A model generated the notes under the pieces. The model had not been told where the DNA came from and did not search any database. It worked only from the letters and a program-made list of their open reading frames with translations. Both the position numbers and the translations under genes were made by a program. Below are positions 13,981-26,200 of a stretch of 64,000 nucleotides of DNA, piece after piece. Source of the DNA: Octopus bimaculoides (taxonomy: Eukaryota); contig NC_068988.1 in assembly GCF_001194135.2 (NCBI RefSeq), positions 83,702,317 through 83,766,316 on the forward strand, given 5' to 3'. How positions within the stretch are numbered: position 1 is the stretch's first letter; each line of letters begins with the position of its first letter.

Positions 13981-14585
13981 GGATCTTTTTTAAAACGGGG
14001 GCCACATTTTTCATTAACGAAACACTTTGAAACTTGGAACACTGGTAGAATGTGTCATATAAAACATCTTTTTCTCTTAGTCTTCTTAAAAAAAAAAGAA
14101 ATCCATAAATTATTCCATGTTAAAGTTGTCGTATTTCTGTAATTTCAACCAATCACTGACGTCCATTCAGCCGATATACATTAAGTGCCGACTACATAAA
14201 CAAACGATTCTGAAACAATTAACCCTAACCCTAACCCTAGGGTTAGAGTTAGGGTTAGGGTTAGGCTTAGGGTTAGGGTTAAAGCAAATTTAAAATGAAA
14301 AAAGCAAATAANNNNNNNNNNNNNNNNNNNNNNNNNNNNNNNNNNNNNNNNNNNNNNNNNNNNNNNNNNNNNNNNNNNNNNNNNNNNNNNNNNNNNNNNN
14401 NNNNNNNNNNNNNNNNNNNNNNNNNNNNNNNNNNNNNNNNNNNNNNNNNNNNNNNNNNNNNNNNNNNNNNNNNNNNGTTCTATAACACAAAATAGATAAG
14501 TATACAAAGTTTGAAAGTCTTTCGGTACCAAAAACACTACGTAAAACATTAATGAAAAATGTGGCCCCCGTTTTAAAAAAGATCC
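13981..14585. mobile_element. Young MITE with perfect 37-bp TIRs and 8-bp TSD (Merlin-like termini), containing telomeric repeats
   Basis: [40 protein letters not shown] at 13981-14017 and 14549-14585; TSD CATATGTC at 13973-80 and 14586-93; internal (CCCTAA)3/(TTAGGG)n at 14221-14280; N gap inside. Confidence 0.85.
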
Positions 14586-14996
14586 CATATGTCTTTCAAC
14601 AAGCTGAAGAGTGCGTGAGCAAAGCTATTCCAAGCTTCCTTAGGGATGTGGTTAATGAGCTTTGATTTAGATAAACCCTGGAGGGCTGCAGCAAAGTCCT
14701 CAATAGAGAGCTAGTTGTCGGAGTGTGAGGCGTCTTCACGGAGTGTGTCGGAGCTGAAGCGACACTGACTGCAGGTCCAGTATGGAAGACTTTCGGCTTG
14801 AGCCTTGGTGATGCGGACACAACTCCTGTGGTAATTTTGGTGATAATTAATTGCCTTTAAGTCATGGCTAGAGTGAGCACAGAGAGCACAGTTAGGGGAT
14901 GAGCTAGCATCGACCGACAGTAGAGGGCTAGCATTGAGAACTCAATTGAGGGAGTTGGCAGAGGAGGCAGAGTAAGCAGCACTGGTTCTAAAGGTG

Positions 14997-15423
14997 GAGC
15001 TAGAATGGAGGTCAGATGGTGTGGGGAGGGTTAAAAGTTGTAGGAGTGGTGGGGTTGGCAGGGTTAATTCTGTTTCCATTGGTGAGGCTAGAATGAAGGT
15101 CGGGTGGTGGGGGAGGGTTCAAATTTGTAGGAGTGGTGGGGTTGGCAGGGTTAATTCCGTTTCCATTGGTGAGGCTAGAATGAAGGTCGGGTGGTGGGGG
15201 AGGGTTCAAATTTGTAGGAGTGGTGGGGTTGGCAGGGTTAATTCCGTTTCCATTGGTGAGGCTAGAATGAAGGTCGGATGGTGGGGGAGGGTTGAAATTT
15301 GTAGGAGTGGTGGGGTTGGCAGGGTTAATTCCATTTCCATTGGTGAGGCTAGAATGAAGGTCGGGTAGTGGGGGAGGGTTGAAATTTGTAGGAGTGGTGA
15401 TGTTGGTAGGGTTAATTCCATTC
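14997..15423 (-). repeat. 87-bp minisatellite (about 5 copies) encoding a 29-aa Pro/Asn/Thr repeat in the CRE 5' ORF
   Basis: Unit starts at 15041, 15128, 15215, 15302 and 15389; translates to ANPTTPTNLNPPPPPDLHSSLTNGNGINP. Confidence 0.9.
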
Positions 15424-16499
15424 AGAACCCATGGTGGAGAGAGGTTAGATTCTCTCAAGCATACTGGTGGAGAATGAGAAGTCAGAGGTTGATCTATTGT
15501 CACATAGTCGCTCCACCAGGCAGGTATCTTGGTCATTCGACGCATGCCTCCACCACCAAGAATGGATAGGTTAAAGTGGTGGCAACCCCACCAATTGGCA
15601 GTCGCTGGTGATTGGGAGATAAAGAGCAACGAATATACAAGAGTAAAGGGGGTGGGAGAAAAAAGAGGGAGAGAGGAAAAGAAAAGAAAGTTAACAAAAC
15701 TTTACAGAGCACTATCAAAAAAGTTTAAGGAGTCATACACATCCAACATCCTCCAAAATGGCAGAGGGAATAGAGCAAAACAAGATAAAGATAAACTGTT
15801 GAATAGTTCAGTTCAAGATCAAAAGCATTGAAATGCAAAAAAAAAAACAAAAACAGAGAGTAGATCATTAGTGTTTCTGTAATAGACGTAATGGTGACTC
15901 TCACACGAAATACTGTGATTTCTTTTCACTTTGTGTGTGGTGTGTATCTACACCTACAGATTTGTGAATATTGTTGTTTGTACAATTGGTGGTGTACCTA
16001 CTGTGATCACTGCAGGACGTAGTGATTTAGATTTTTTTCTTTTTTCTCCCTTCCCCTCCCCTCTTTTTTTTCCGTAAGTTTTTCTGTCCTTTTCCCCCCT
16101 ATTTTTTGTTCCCCTCCATTCATGTCTGCATGTGGTTTGTTGGCAAAAATCAGAATTTCATTCGAGCAGGTTTTAAAAGCATTAAAACACAATTACCCTC
16201 ATCCATGTTTACACGTGGTTTGCTGGTGAAAATCAGATTTTCATCCAAACAGGTTATAAAAACATTAAAACAATATAGACTCAGATCCATTTGACTGAAG
16301 ACGATGCAAAAGTTTAAAATATTTTAATCGTAAATTCCGATTAATATATCATGAAACACTATCAACTCAAAGATTTTTTTGTTGTTGACGTCCAATGGTA
16401 GAACGCCTGTCATGTTTACAGATGTGTGTTCATGTCTCATGGGTAGCCTTTGACTATCCAAAGGGTTTTTGGCATACCTACACAAGTGTGTCCCCATCA

Positions 16500-16821
16500 A
16501 CTTTGTTTCCTCATAACTTTCAGAAAATTGAGTATTTTGTAATGAAATTTTCTGCAAATATCCTTTATATGGTGTACATTATGATTATAGTAGGATTTAA
16601 TGTGAGCAAAAGTTGTGGGCCTGCATGATTACATACAGACACATCATGAATGTCTACAAAATAAAAATTTGAAAAAATTTTGATGTGTCAGAATGTGCGA
16701 ACCCACACTTTTTTTTAAACATTACATTCTGATATAATCATAATCTATTCTGTCTAAAAGGTGTTTGTAGAAAATTTCATATAAAACATCCATTTTTCTA
16801 AAAGCTATGAGGAAACAAAGC
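16500..16821. repeat. Imperfect inverted repeat of about 60 bp within a DNA-transposon remnant
   Basis: ctttgtttcctcataacttt...gaaattttctgcaaata versus gtttgtagaaaatttcat...gctatgaggaaacaaag. Confidence 0.6.
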
Positions 16822-16994
16822 CAACTCATTTGAATTTTCTGCAACTCCTCTTACTAATGTAAGCTATCAGATTTTTAAACACTATAGTAGGGTGGTAGGA
16901 TTGTTTATGTCTGCAGGAAAGTTTCTTGTTAGGCTTAAGATATGGTTTATAAGAATGAGAATTTAGATCAAGGAAAACATCTAAAACATTTACT

Positions 16995-17480
16995 TTTGAT
17001 AGATGAGTGGTAAGACATTCCTGATTCCCTTAAATAAGCATTTCCCAGAAAATCACATATACAGAAGGATCTTTAATAGATACTCAATTAAATTGTCAAA
17101 TGGCCACTGCCCCAATATGAAGAGCATCATTATCTGTAAACACCACCAAAAGCCCACTCTCATTTGTAACTGTCAAGATCCTAGACCTTACCCACATGAC
17201 CAGGCATGCATAATAAACTCCATCATATATGTGGCAGAACAGTAACATTACTTGATAATCTAACCAAAAAGAAGAATTACATTGGATTATGTGAAGGTGA
17301 CTTCAAAAGATCATATATCCTTTTTAGATCTAAGAATTCCGGATAAGAAATTTTCAGCAAATGCAAGCATATGGACAAATTTCTTTTGGTGAATTGGCAA
17401 ACACCACTCTCTCCAAATTTAGCAGCTCTGTTGCAGACTTTAGACACCAACCGTTGATTCAAGCTTTATGGTCAAAAAGG
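16995..17480 (+). mobile_element. Penelope-like element fragment (RT-GIY-YIG linker and endonuclease), decayed
   Basis: GKTFL..LNKHFPENHIYRRIFNRYSIKLS...PNMKSII...CNC.DP..P...C..NSIIY.AE, typical of the PLE linker. Confidence 0.7.
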
Positions 17481-20329
17481 ACATAACTATAATCCATATA
17501 ATTTTTTCCTTCACCCTTCCACTTTTTGTCCCCCCCCCCCCCATGATTTCTCTTGTTCTATCGTCCTGGTTTGTAACTTGTACAGGCCATGTACTCAGGG
17601 CCTGAAAATTTCTTGGAGATACTAGGCATGTTATTAAAACCTTCCAAGAAAACATCTCCAATGTATGAAGCTATTAGTAGCTCATAACTTTATACTGTGT
17701 ACATTAAACAATATTTATATTTCACTGGATAGAGTACTTTTTTTGTTGATCTTACTTTAATGGAAAACTAAAGTATGTTTATATACATTTTGTTTAGGCA
17801 TTGAGACTAATAACCTAAGTGTAGGACACAGTATATACATTCTTCAGAATGAAGTATTAGTCAAGTACAGAGCAGTAATAAGAAAGTGAGATGACAAAGG
17901 AATAAATGATTATCTTAAGAACTTCATTAGCTTACAGCTGTTTCTGCTATAAGATGCAGTAGCTCATAGTTGAGTGCTTAAGTAACACCTTACAACTTTG
18001 TCAGCACCTTGAATATGAAGTGCAGTGAAATAAACTGCACTTCATATTTAAGGCTCCAACAAAGCTTCATAAGATAATCATATATTCCTTTGCCATCTTA
18101 TTTTCTTTATATATATAGCTGATAGCTAGAATCATGAGAATTTGATTTTAAAATGTGTAATTGGCAACTCCAAATTATCTTTCACTACTAGTAAACCACA
18201 AGTGTTTATATATATATATAATATTAATATTATTAATGTTGCGATAAGCTATAATTGCGCCTTGCTCAGAATGGATAATCAACAGCTGAAAATGTGCCTT
18301 GTATGTGTGTCCAATGTGTTTATGTAAACAGTTTTCATGTTTACATAACATTTTGTGACTAGCAGTTTCTTTATAATTTTGTATATTGTTTACTATATTG
18401 TGATGTATGTTGTTAAAGATACATTTCAACAATTGTATCTGCCAACCTTATTCAGATATGTGCTATATTGCTTAATGTTCTCATTTCCTTGAGATAAACC
18501 AAGGATATTCTTTGTTTGTTGCTAACTTGGTACATATCAACTTCAATCAGTATGTGTGTGTGTAGTTTTTGACTAGGTTTTCATGAGTACAAAACTAAAA
18601 ACAGCACTCATATAATATAATTCCATAACAGTCAATTGAAGTTGTTACTAAACAGTTTCATGCTACACAGGGAGAGGCAAATTTAGCAATCATCAGACAC
18701 AGTTAAATGGAAAAATATCCATTCAGACATGTATGAATGGATACTTTTTCATTCAGCTATGTCTTATTATTGCTAAATTTACCTCTTCATATTTGGCATG
18801 AAACCATTCAGTAACAACTTCAATTCTCATGTTGCTATAATATATAAAATAGGGCATAAGAGGAATCAAATGTAGTATGTATGCTGGTATAGGCGTGATG
18901 TATATGAATGAGAACAGCTGTATAAAGAAGTGCTAATGATTGATAATCTTATGAACATCTGCCAAGTCGGCTGCTGTGTAGATGTTGAAAGTTTGGTGTG
19001 AAGCAATAGGTTCAATATATACATGTATGACAATCAGGTAGTGGAAATTTGGAGCTTTAAAACTAACTTCTTTATTGCAACCATTTGTTTAATATTCCTT
19101 ATCAATATGGAATGAACATGTATGGTTAATATGATAATATTTTAAATCTCACTACAACGTATAAATTCAAATTTGTGTACCATTCATTTGACAAAACAAG
19201 TAAAACTGACAGTGATTTTAAATTTTGGTACTGTGAACAACAATGAAACTCGATGCAAAGCAATGTTATATATAATGGTTGCTGCTATACTCTCGGGGAG
19301 CATTGATCATAATTACTAAATGTAGAATGAATAAATTTACATAGTTGGTATATCATATTTATTTTTCCTTTAATTGACAAAATTAATTTTCGTTGTAATT
19401 GTGATGTAAAGGGAGATAACTTCATTTTTACTAGTCCAGTATCATTCTCAATTCACTTTCATGGCCTCTTTCGTTTGTTGTTTGCGTGTGTGTGTGTGTT
19501 TATGTATGTGGAGAGGGAATGTGTTTGTGAAACCATTAATCCAAACATATCTTTTACTCTCTCTGTTTTCTTTACTTATTCCTTTCTGCTGAAGAGCATT
19601 GGCTCAAAATGTCTAAGAGCTTGCCATTTACCCTGAGTGTCAAACTAATACACCTTGTTTGTTGTTCCCTTAACTGTCTCTGCCTTTTTTTTGTACATTT
19701 CAACCATTCATTTTCAATACATATTAATGTTTTTCTCTCACTCTCTCTTACAGTTTTTGTGTATCTACATTTGAGGAGAAGGAATATACTTACGTAAATC
19801 AGGTTCTTTTTAATACATGTCAATAAGTCTCTTCTCCAACCCCATTCTCTCTATCACACACGCTTTGTGAATACATATATTTTTCTTTGTGTAATATTTT
19901 AATGTTCTGTCTGTCTGTTTGTATATATGTATGTATGTGCGTGTATGAATCTGTATACACACTTTTGTCTGCCTTCAGCACCAAATCACATCACCAAAAC
20001 GTCAGTATCAAACTAGCTGCTCCCATTCGCTCCATTCCACAGGTTTTGATGGTGTTTTCTGTCACCATTTCAATTTTCATACCTTATCAACTATAATTTC
20101 AATATCATCTTTCTTTTTAAATCAGCTCTAGGTACCAACACATTTGATAAACATTTTCTATTGAGAGAACAGCTTTATGTGTTAAGGTTGATCAAAATTA
20201 ACTACAAACTGAAAAGGGAACATACATACATGCATGCATAAGTATGAAAATAATATTGTCAAGATAGGCACTGATCTAGAAGAGAGGCATGAAATACAAC
20301 CTGATACAAATTAAATTTTTCTCCCAGGA

Positions 20330-21230
20330 GCAATGAAAGATTGTACTGGACGTTTGTACAGAATACAAAGTGGTGGGAACCAATTCACTGAGAAGGATGT
20401 ACTTCAGACAATAAACACAAACCATGGAGGGAATAACCCATACTAAAAACCAGACATGGAGTTTTGACAAGTTCATAACATTCCACCTTGAAGGATATAC
20501 CCCTGCAATTCAGAAAGAAGAAATCTCCACCAAGTACCCACTGCACAAAGAGGAAGGTCATTAGTTGACATGTAGGCTGTGCGAAATGAAGATTGAAGAT
20601 GTTTAGCCACATTATTGCCAACTGTGTAAGAATGTCTTCTCCTTACTACCTCCCCATGAGACATGATGTGTTAGCTAGAACAATATGGAATGCATTGCAG
20701 AAGACAAAATTAAAATTAAATAGAGAGGAATATGATGAAACTGATGACTCAAAGGTATACAAACGGAACCTAAGAATATAAACTGATGCCAATTTAAAAC
20801 ACAATCAGCCTAATATTGTTGTTTGGGACTGCACATTAAAAACATGCTCAGTCAGAGAAATCAGCTGCCTATTTGATGTGAATGTGATAAGAAAAATACA
20901 AGAGAAGGAAAATAACTACAGAACATTGATGAGAGGTTTGCAGATCCAATATCTAAGATACACGTTCAGCTTCTTAGCGATTATTGTTGGAGCTACACAT
21001 TATATACCAATCTACCTGGGTCAAAATATAACTGAATTTCGATTTGTAGAGAAAGTACTTAGCTCCTTAATTCGTAAGCTACAAGTGGCTGCAATATCTG
21101 AAACCTTCAAAATATGTAAAATGTTCTTATGATTCAAAGGATAAAAACTTACAAAAGAGACAATAGCAATTTCTGTTTCTTTACAACCTTGCCACCAGCA
21201 AGGTGGCCAGTTAAAAGTAAGCTAAAAATT
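20330..21230 (+). mobile_element. Dong/R4-clade LINE 3' region (CCHC + RLE), decayed
   Basis: EGY..AIQ.EEISTKY, CRLC...SHIIANC.....YYLPMRHDVLARTI, HNQP.IVVWD, EISC.FDVNV, KEN.Y, IIVGAT, KLQVAAISET.KI. Confidence 0.85.
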
Positions 21231-22664
21231 AAGAGAAAGAGTGTAAATACATACATATATGCATGCAAGCATTCACACACACACACACACACACATTCAT
21301 TAATATATAAACATATATTTATTCACTTTTGAAACTTATGATTCACTCCATAACTACTCCGAGTTTCTTGCATGCTTGCATGTATGCAATCATGCAGGTG
21401 ATAACAAATATGTTAAAGCATTTGCTATCACATGCAGCAATGGAATAGTCACTTTATCCTTCCTGGTTTTCATTGGCTGGTAGTCATTGCTGAGGATGCT
21501 GGGAAGATTGAGACTTCTAGTCTGTTTGTAGTTGAGTGAGGAGGGATGTCTCTATCAGAAATATCAAATTGCTGGATCTACTTTTTGCTTAGTCACAGAT
21601 CAGCACTGATGGAGCAAACCTATGATCAAAGGCATTCCAACTATGACCATCTAGCTTCTCTTTTTCCTTCTGACATGGTGTGTCTGACCACACTATCCAA
21701 TGTATTCTTCTCTTTTAAGATGGTTGAATATGATATATTTGGCTGCTATTTCTAGTAGAGGATCCCCTTTTAGTTAGAATTAAAATTACTAGTCCCCTAG
21801 AAATGTAATGGAAGGACACGATTAAAAGTTTACTATTACATTTATGTTGGCAGTTGCTTAGCTGCAATCAGTGTTTTGTACAGACAAATGGAAGAAGTCT
21901 TTATTCTCATCTTTTACTTGTTTCAATCATAAGACTGCAGCCATGGTGGGACACCATCTTAAATAATCTTCAGTTAAATGAATCGACCACAGTACTTATT
22001 TTCTTTTAAAATGTGGTACTTATTCAATCAGGTCCCTTTTGCAGCCAAGCCGCTAAGTTACAGTTATCCAGTGGTGATGGGGGACAAAGGCACACACACA
22101 CATATACACATATATTGTCATAGTATAGGTATTTTTAGTCATAGATTAAGGTGTCTGGAAAACCAAAAAAGTACCCAACACGTCTGAAGGCAAAGTGTGT
22201 GATTTTTATATTTCAATGTTTACTTACAACTTGCAAGTTGTTTCATCTACAGAAAGGTAAAGTTGCTTTTAGAATCGTCAGAGTTTTGGATGAAACATCC
22301 TGTAAGTTATGAGCAATGACAGTCATTGAGACAGAACCACATGTTCACAGCTGTCCTCATGTCTCCAGAAAAACAAACAAAAAATAAAGAAAGAAAAAAA
22401 ACTCATTTTCTGAATGGCATGTTAATTCCGGAGAATTGTTAGTCGCTTGAGATTATCTCCCTTTCTTATTCAGTTGGTAGCAATTGTTAGATGCTTGTTT
22501 GACCGTTTTCTTGAACTGAAGATAATTTTAACAGATGAAGAATTTATCTTGTACATGGCCTTTAATTCATGTTTCATTGTCCTTGTTGTCCAAATTCATT
22601 CGCCAAACCCCTCGAAGTCATTTTTCTTAAATCGTTTTTTTCAATGCTTTAACATACATACAAA

Positions 22665-22709
<45 letters not shown>

Positions 22710-22939
22710 GTGCACGCACACATGCACACACAGACACACACAAATGTTTTTTTATTTGACCCATAAGGCTCAAGTAAAAAAAAACATTAATTCAGACATT
22801 ATTATATGTAATGCACAAAGTGCACACATTTAAAAATACTGCTAGAGAAAGAGCTTAAATTCCAAATATATGCAAAAGTCTCGTAAGTGCAAGAAGAAAA
22901 GGGATATGGATAGAAAGCTCTTCTAAAATTAAGGAGCTT

Positions 22940-22980
<41 letters not shown>

Positions 22981-23152
22981 CACAAACACACACATACAAA
23001 TGTATATACAAACATTCATTCATATATATTTATAAATATATATGTGTGTGTACTTATATGAATGTAATATGTATGTATAATATTTATATACATATAATCA
23101 CACACACTCACACATACACATACACACCTGCACACCTATATATTTTGAGACA

Positions 23153-23260
23153 CTAAGAAGCTTCTGCTGCCTCTTGTTCTCCATCTGCTGACACATGGCC
23201 TTGCTGCTGTATGAAGATGTTTGATGGTGCCACCTGAACTTGCTGAATTTGATAAATTGG
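23153..23260 (-). CDS. NFYC: NF-YC last coding exon ([35 protein letters not shown])
   Basis: cttttgcag acceptor, stop TAG at 23153-23155; matches vertebrate LYQIQQV...MFIQ. Confidence 0.9.
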   Translation of the reverse strand, partial: PIYQIQQVQVAPSNIFIQQQGHVSADGEQEAAEAS

Positions 23261-26200
23261 CTGCAAAAGATAAGAAACATACAATATAGTAGTAGTAGTA
23301 ACCATAAATTTAGTGAAGAGAAAACAATTGATTATATCCAACCAGTATCTGCCCAAGACTTATTTTATTGAGCTTCTTGAATCATCAAAATTAAATTTGA
23401 TTTTGGTAGGATTTGAATTCTGAATGTAAAGTGTGATAACTAGATACCCAAAGGTATTTTGTCCAACCCTCTGACAATTCTCTAACATATAAAATGACAT
23501 AATTCTTCTGTACCCAGTATTCATGATTTGAATATGAAACTGCCTGAAATAGACAGATCTGCTGTAAAATAAACACTTTTATACCTGACTAGATGAATCT
23601 GTCTTCCAAGGTAAAACCAACTCAAGGGTTAAACATGGATTAATTTAACTTCAAAGAAGCATATGACTTGATAACAAGACACATATGTGCTCGGGACAAT
23701 AAATCATAATTAATCTCAGTGGGGTATTTTTCATCAAAAATGCTCAACAAATATTCAAGTAAATTATGAAATGTTTGGGACTATCACACTAAGTCTACAC
23801 ACTGAAGGAACAGCCAGAAAGAATTAATTTCTGATACATCATATAAAAGAAAATATTTTCATTCACTGTACACACATTATCTATCTATCTCTCTGTCTAT
23901 ATTTATTTACCTGTATATCAATATCTATCTATCTATATTTATTTATTTGTATATCAGTATCTATCTATCTATCTATCTATATCTATTTAACTGTATATCA
24001 ATATTTATCTTTCTATATTCACTTATCTGTACATCAATGTCTATATTCATTTATCTGTAGACCAATATCTATCTATATTCATTTATCTGTATATCAATGT
24101 CTGTCTGTCTGTATCTATCTCTGTCTATCTATCTATATCTATATCAATATATGTTTGTATGTATGCATACGTAAGTATGTATATATTATATATATCTTAT
24201 AGCATTTTATAAGCTTAAAGCTAATAGCAGTCACTTTTCAATGACAAGAGAAAATAGTCTAATAATGGGATATATAAGCCCTTGACAGAAAATGTAGGTT
24301 TTTCGTATGCGTGTGACACGAACTTACATTCCTCTGTTTATGCAACCAAGTGTGCCACAGATTACACTAGCGAACCTACCTGCTTTTTCTGTCAGATTTA
24401 AGAACCATGATTAGTTCGTAGTTGTTTTTGTAAACAAACTATCATGTGCTTTTTTACTGCAAATGGTTTTGTTAAGCAGTGCCAATTTTTACTATTCTCT
24501 AAATAATAATAATAGTATTTTATAAGCTTAAAGCTTATAGTGATCACCGTGCAATGATTAAAGAAAATAGTCTAATAATGGGACATATAAGACCTCAACA
24601 GAAAAAGCAGGTAGGTTTGCCAGTGTAATTGGTAGGACACTCGGCTGCGTAAAAAGAGGGATGTGGGTTCGTGTTCAACGCGTACGGAAAGCCTACTTTT
24701 TCTGTCAAGGGCTTATATGTCCCATTATTAGACAATTTTCTTTAGTCATTGTGCAGTGGTCACTATAAGCTTTAAGCTTATAAAATACTATTATTATTAT
24801 TTACAGAATTATAAAAACTGACACTGCTTAACAAAACCATTCAATATATATATATATATATATATAATAATATTAGGGACAAAATCCAAAATTACAGGTA
24901 AAAAACTCAATTAAAATCAATTTATAAAAAATTAAAATTAAATTGAGCCTTATAGATAAAGTATATATAAAATATATAGTTTTAGGGAAAATAACCAATT
25001 ATTAATTTTTCTATATGTGATAGTGGATTTTCATCGATGAGTTCTTGAAAATTGGTTATTTTCCCTAAAACTATATATATATATAATATATATANNNNNN
25101 NNNNNNNNNNNNNNNNNNNNNNNNNNNNNNNNNNNNNNNNNNNNNNNNNNNNNNNNNNNNNNNNNNNNNNNNNNNNNNNNNNNNNNNNNNNNNNNNNNNN
25201 NATATATATATATATATATATATATATACATGAACATATATCAATAAATGAATACATGTAGTGAAAGTACCTGGGATGTGGTAAATTGCTGTTGTGCAGC
25301 TCCAATGACTGTCTGCTCATTCTGCTGAGCTGCCTGGATTATGATTGGTTGATTTGGTTGTTTACCTTGCAACTGCATCTGAAAAGCCTGCAACTGTGCA
25401 GCAGTTAACTGGATCTGAAGGGAAATATAGTAGAGAACATCAACAAAATGGTCAGCTTTGAACCTTAAAATTCTCATATAGACAATATACCAGAATCCAT
25501 ATAGAAGAGAATCAGTATATAACAGAATTAAGAAACAGCACCCATCACTTTCAGAAACATTTCTACATGTTCCGAACAGTTGAAGCATGGAATAAACGGC
25601 TTAAGTAAGTTGTTAGCTGTCAGCATGCAGCTGTTGCATCATTGTCGTCGTTTAACATCCGTGTTCCAGTCTGGCACTGGTTTTGACAGGAGCCGGCCAG
25701 GTAGAAGACTACCCCAGGCTACTGTGTCTGTTTTGGCATGGTTTTTACAGCTGAATGTCCTTCCTAACACCAACCACACCTTGAAAAATGCCATGCTTCT
25801 CAAAATTTGTCAACATTACTCCTGACAAACCTTTACATCATTTCCTCTTTGTAACTCTCATAATGTTCACTTTTCCATCTTTTCATGCTTTATTCTACTT
25901 ACTGTGCATGTACTTCTACTCTTCGTTGTTGTCTTTCTGTCCCCTCTTTTAACTTTTCCAATGAGCTGTAGTGCATCTGAGCACTGTATACAATAAGCTC
26001 ATTTTTTTTTTATCAGTACATAGCAGAATCAATGTATAACAGAATAATTGCACAACTGAGTCCAGAATCATAACAGAATCAGTGTACAACATAAAAAGTG
26101 TATACCAGAATAAGTATATAACTGGCTCCTAATGTATTTAGTTACATCCATTTTCATTCTAGATTTGTTGTATAGTGAAACTGTACACTCCTCCTGGTAA

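Larger units (their letters stand above)
11300..15830 (-). mobile_element. Near full-length decayed CRE-clade non-LTR retrotransposon (RT + CCHC + restriction-like endonuclease)
   Basis: RT motifs LCPIVVGCTL, QLGVGTKLGCE, KLDLKNVFNSI, QQGDPLGP. C-terminal C.CG..LD.TGLHGLSC, RHTKLN, EPSGLTRCDGKR.NGLT, LVWDVTV. N-terminal ...RLKKKHP. Several stops and frameshifts; boundaries approximate. Confidence 0.8.

Noticed and set aside
14221-14280. Telomere-telomere fusion scar, or telomere targeting by the CRE element
   Set aside because: The repeats lie inside a MITE with perfect TIRs and an 8-bp TSD that itself interrupts the CRE ORF. They are cargo, not a chromosome end or the CRE target.
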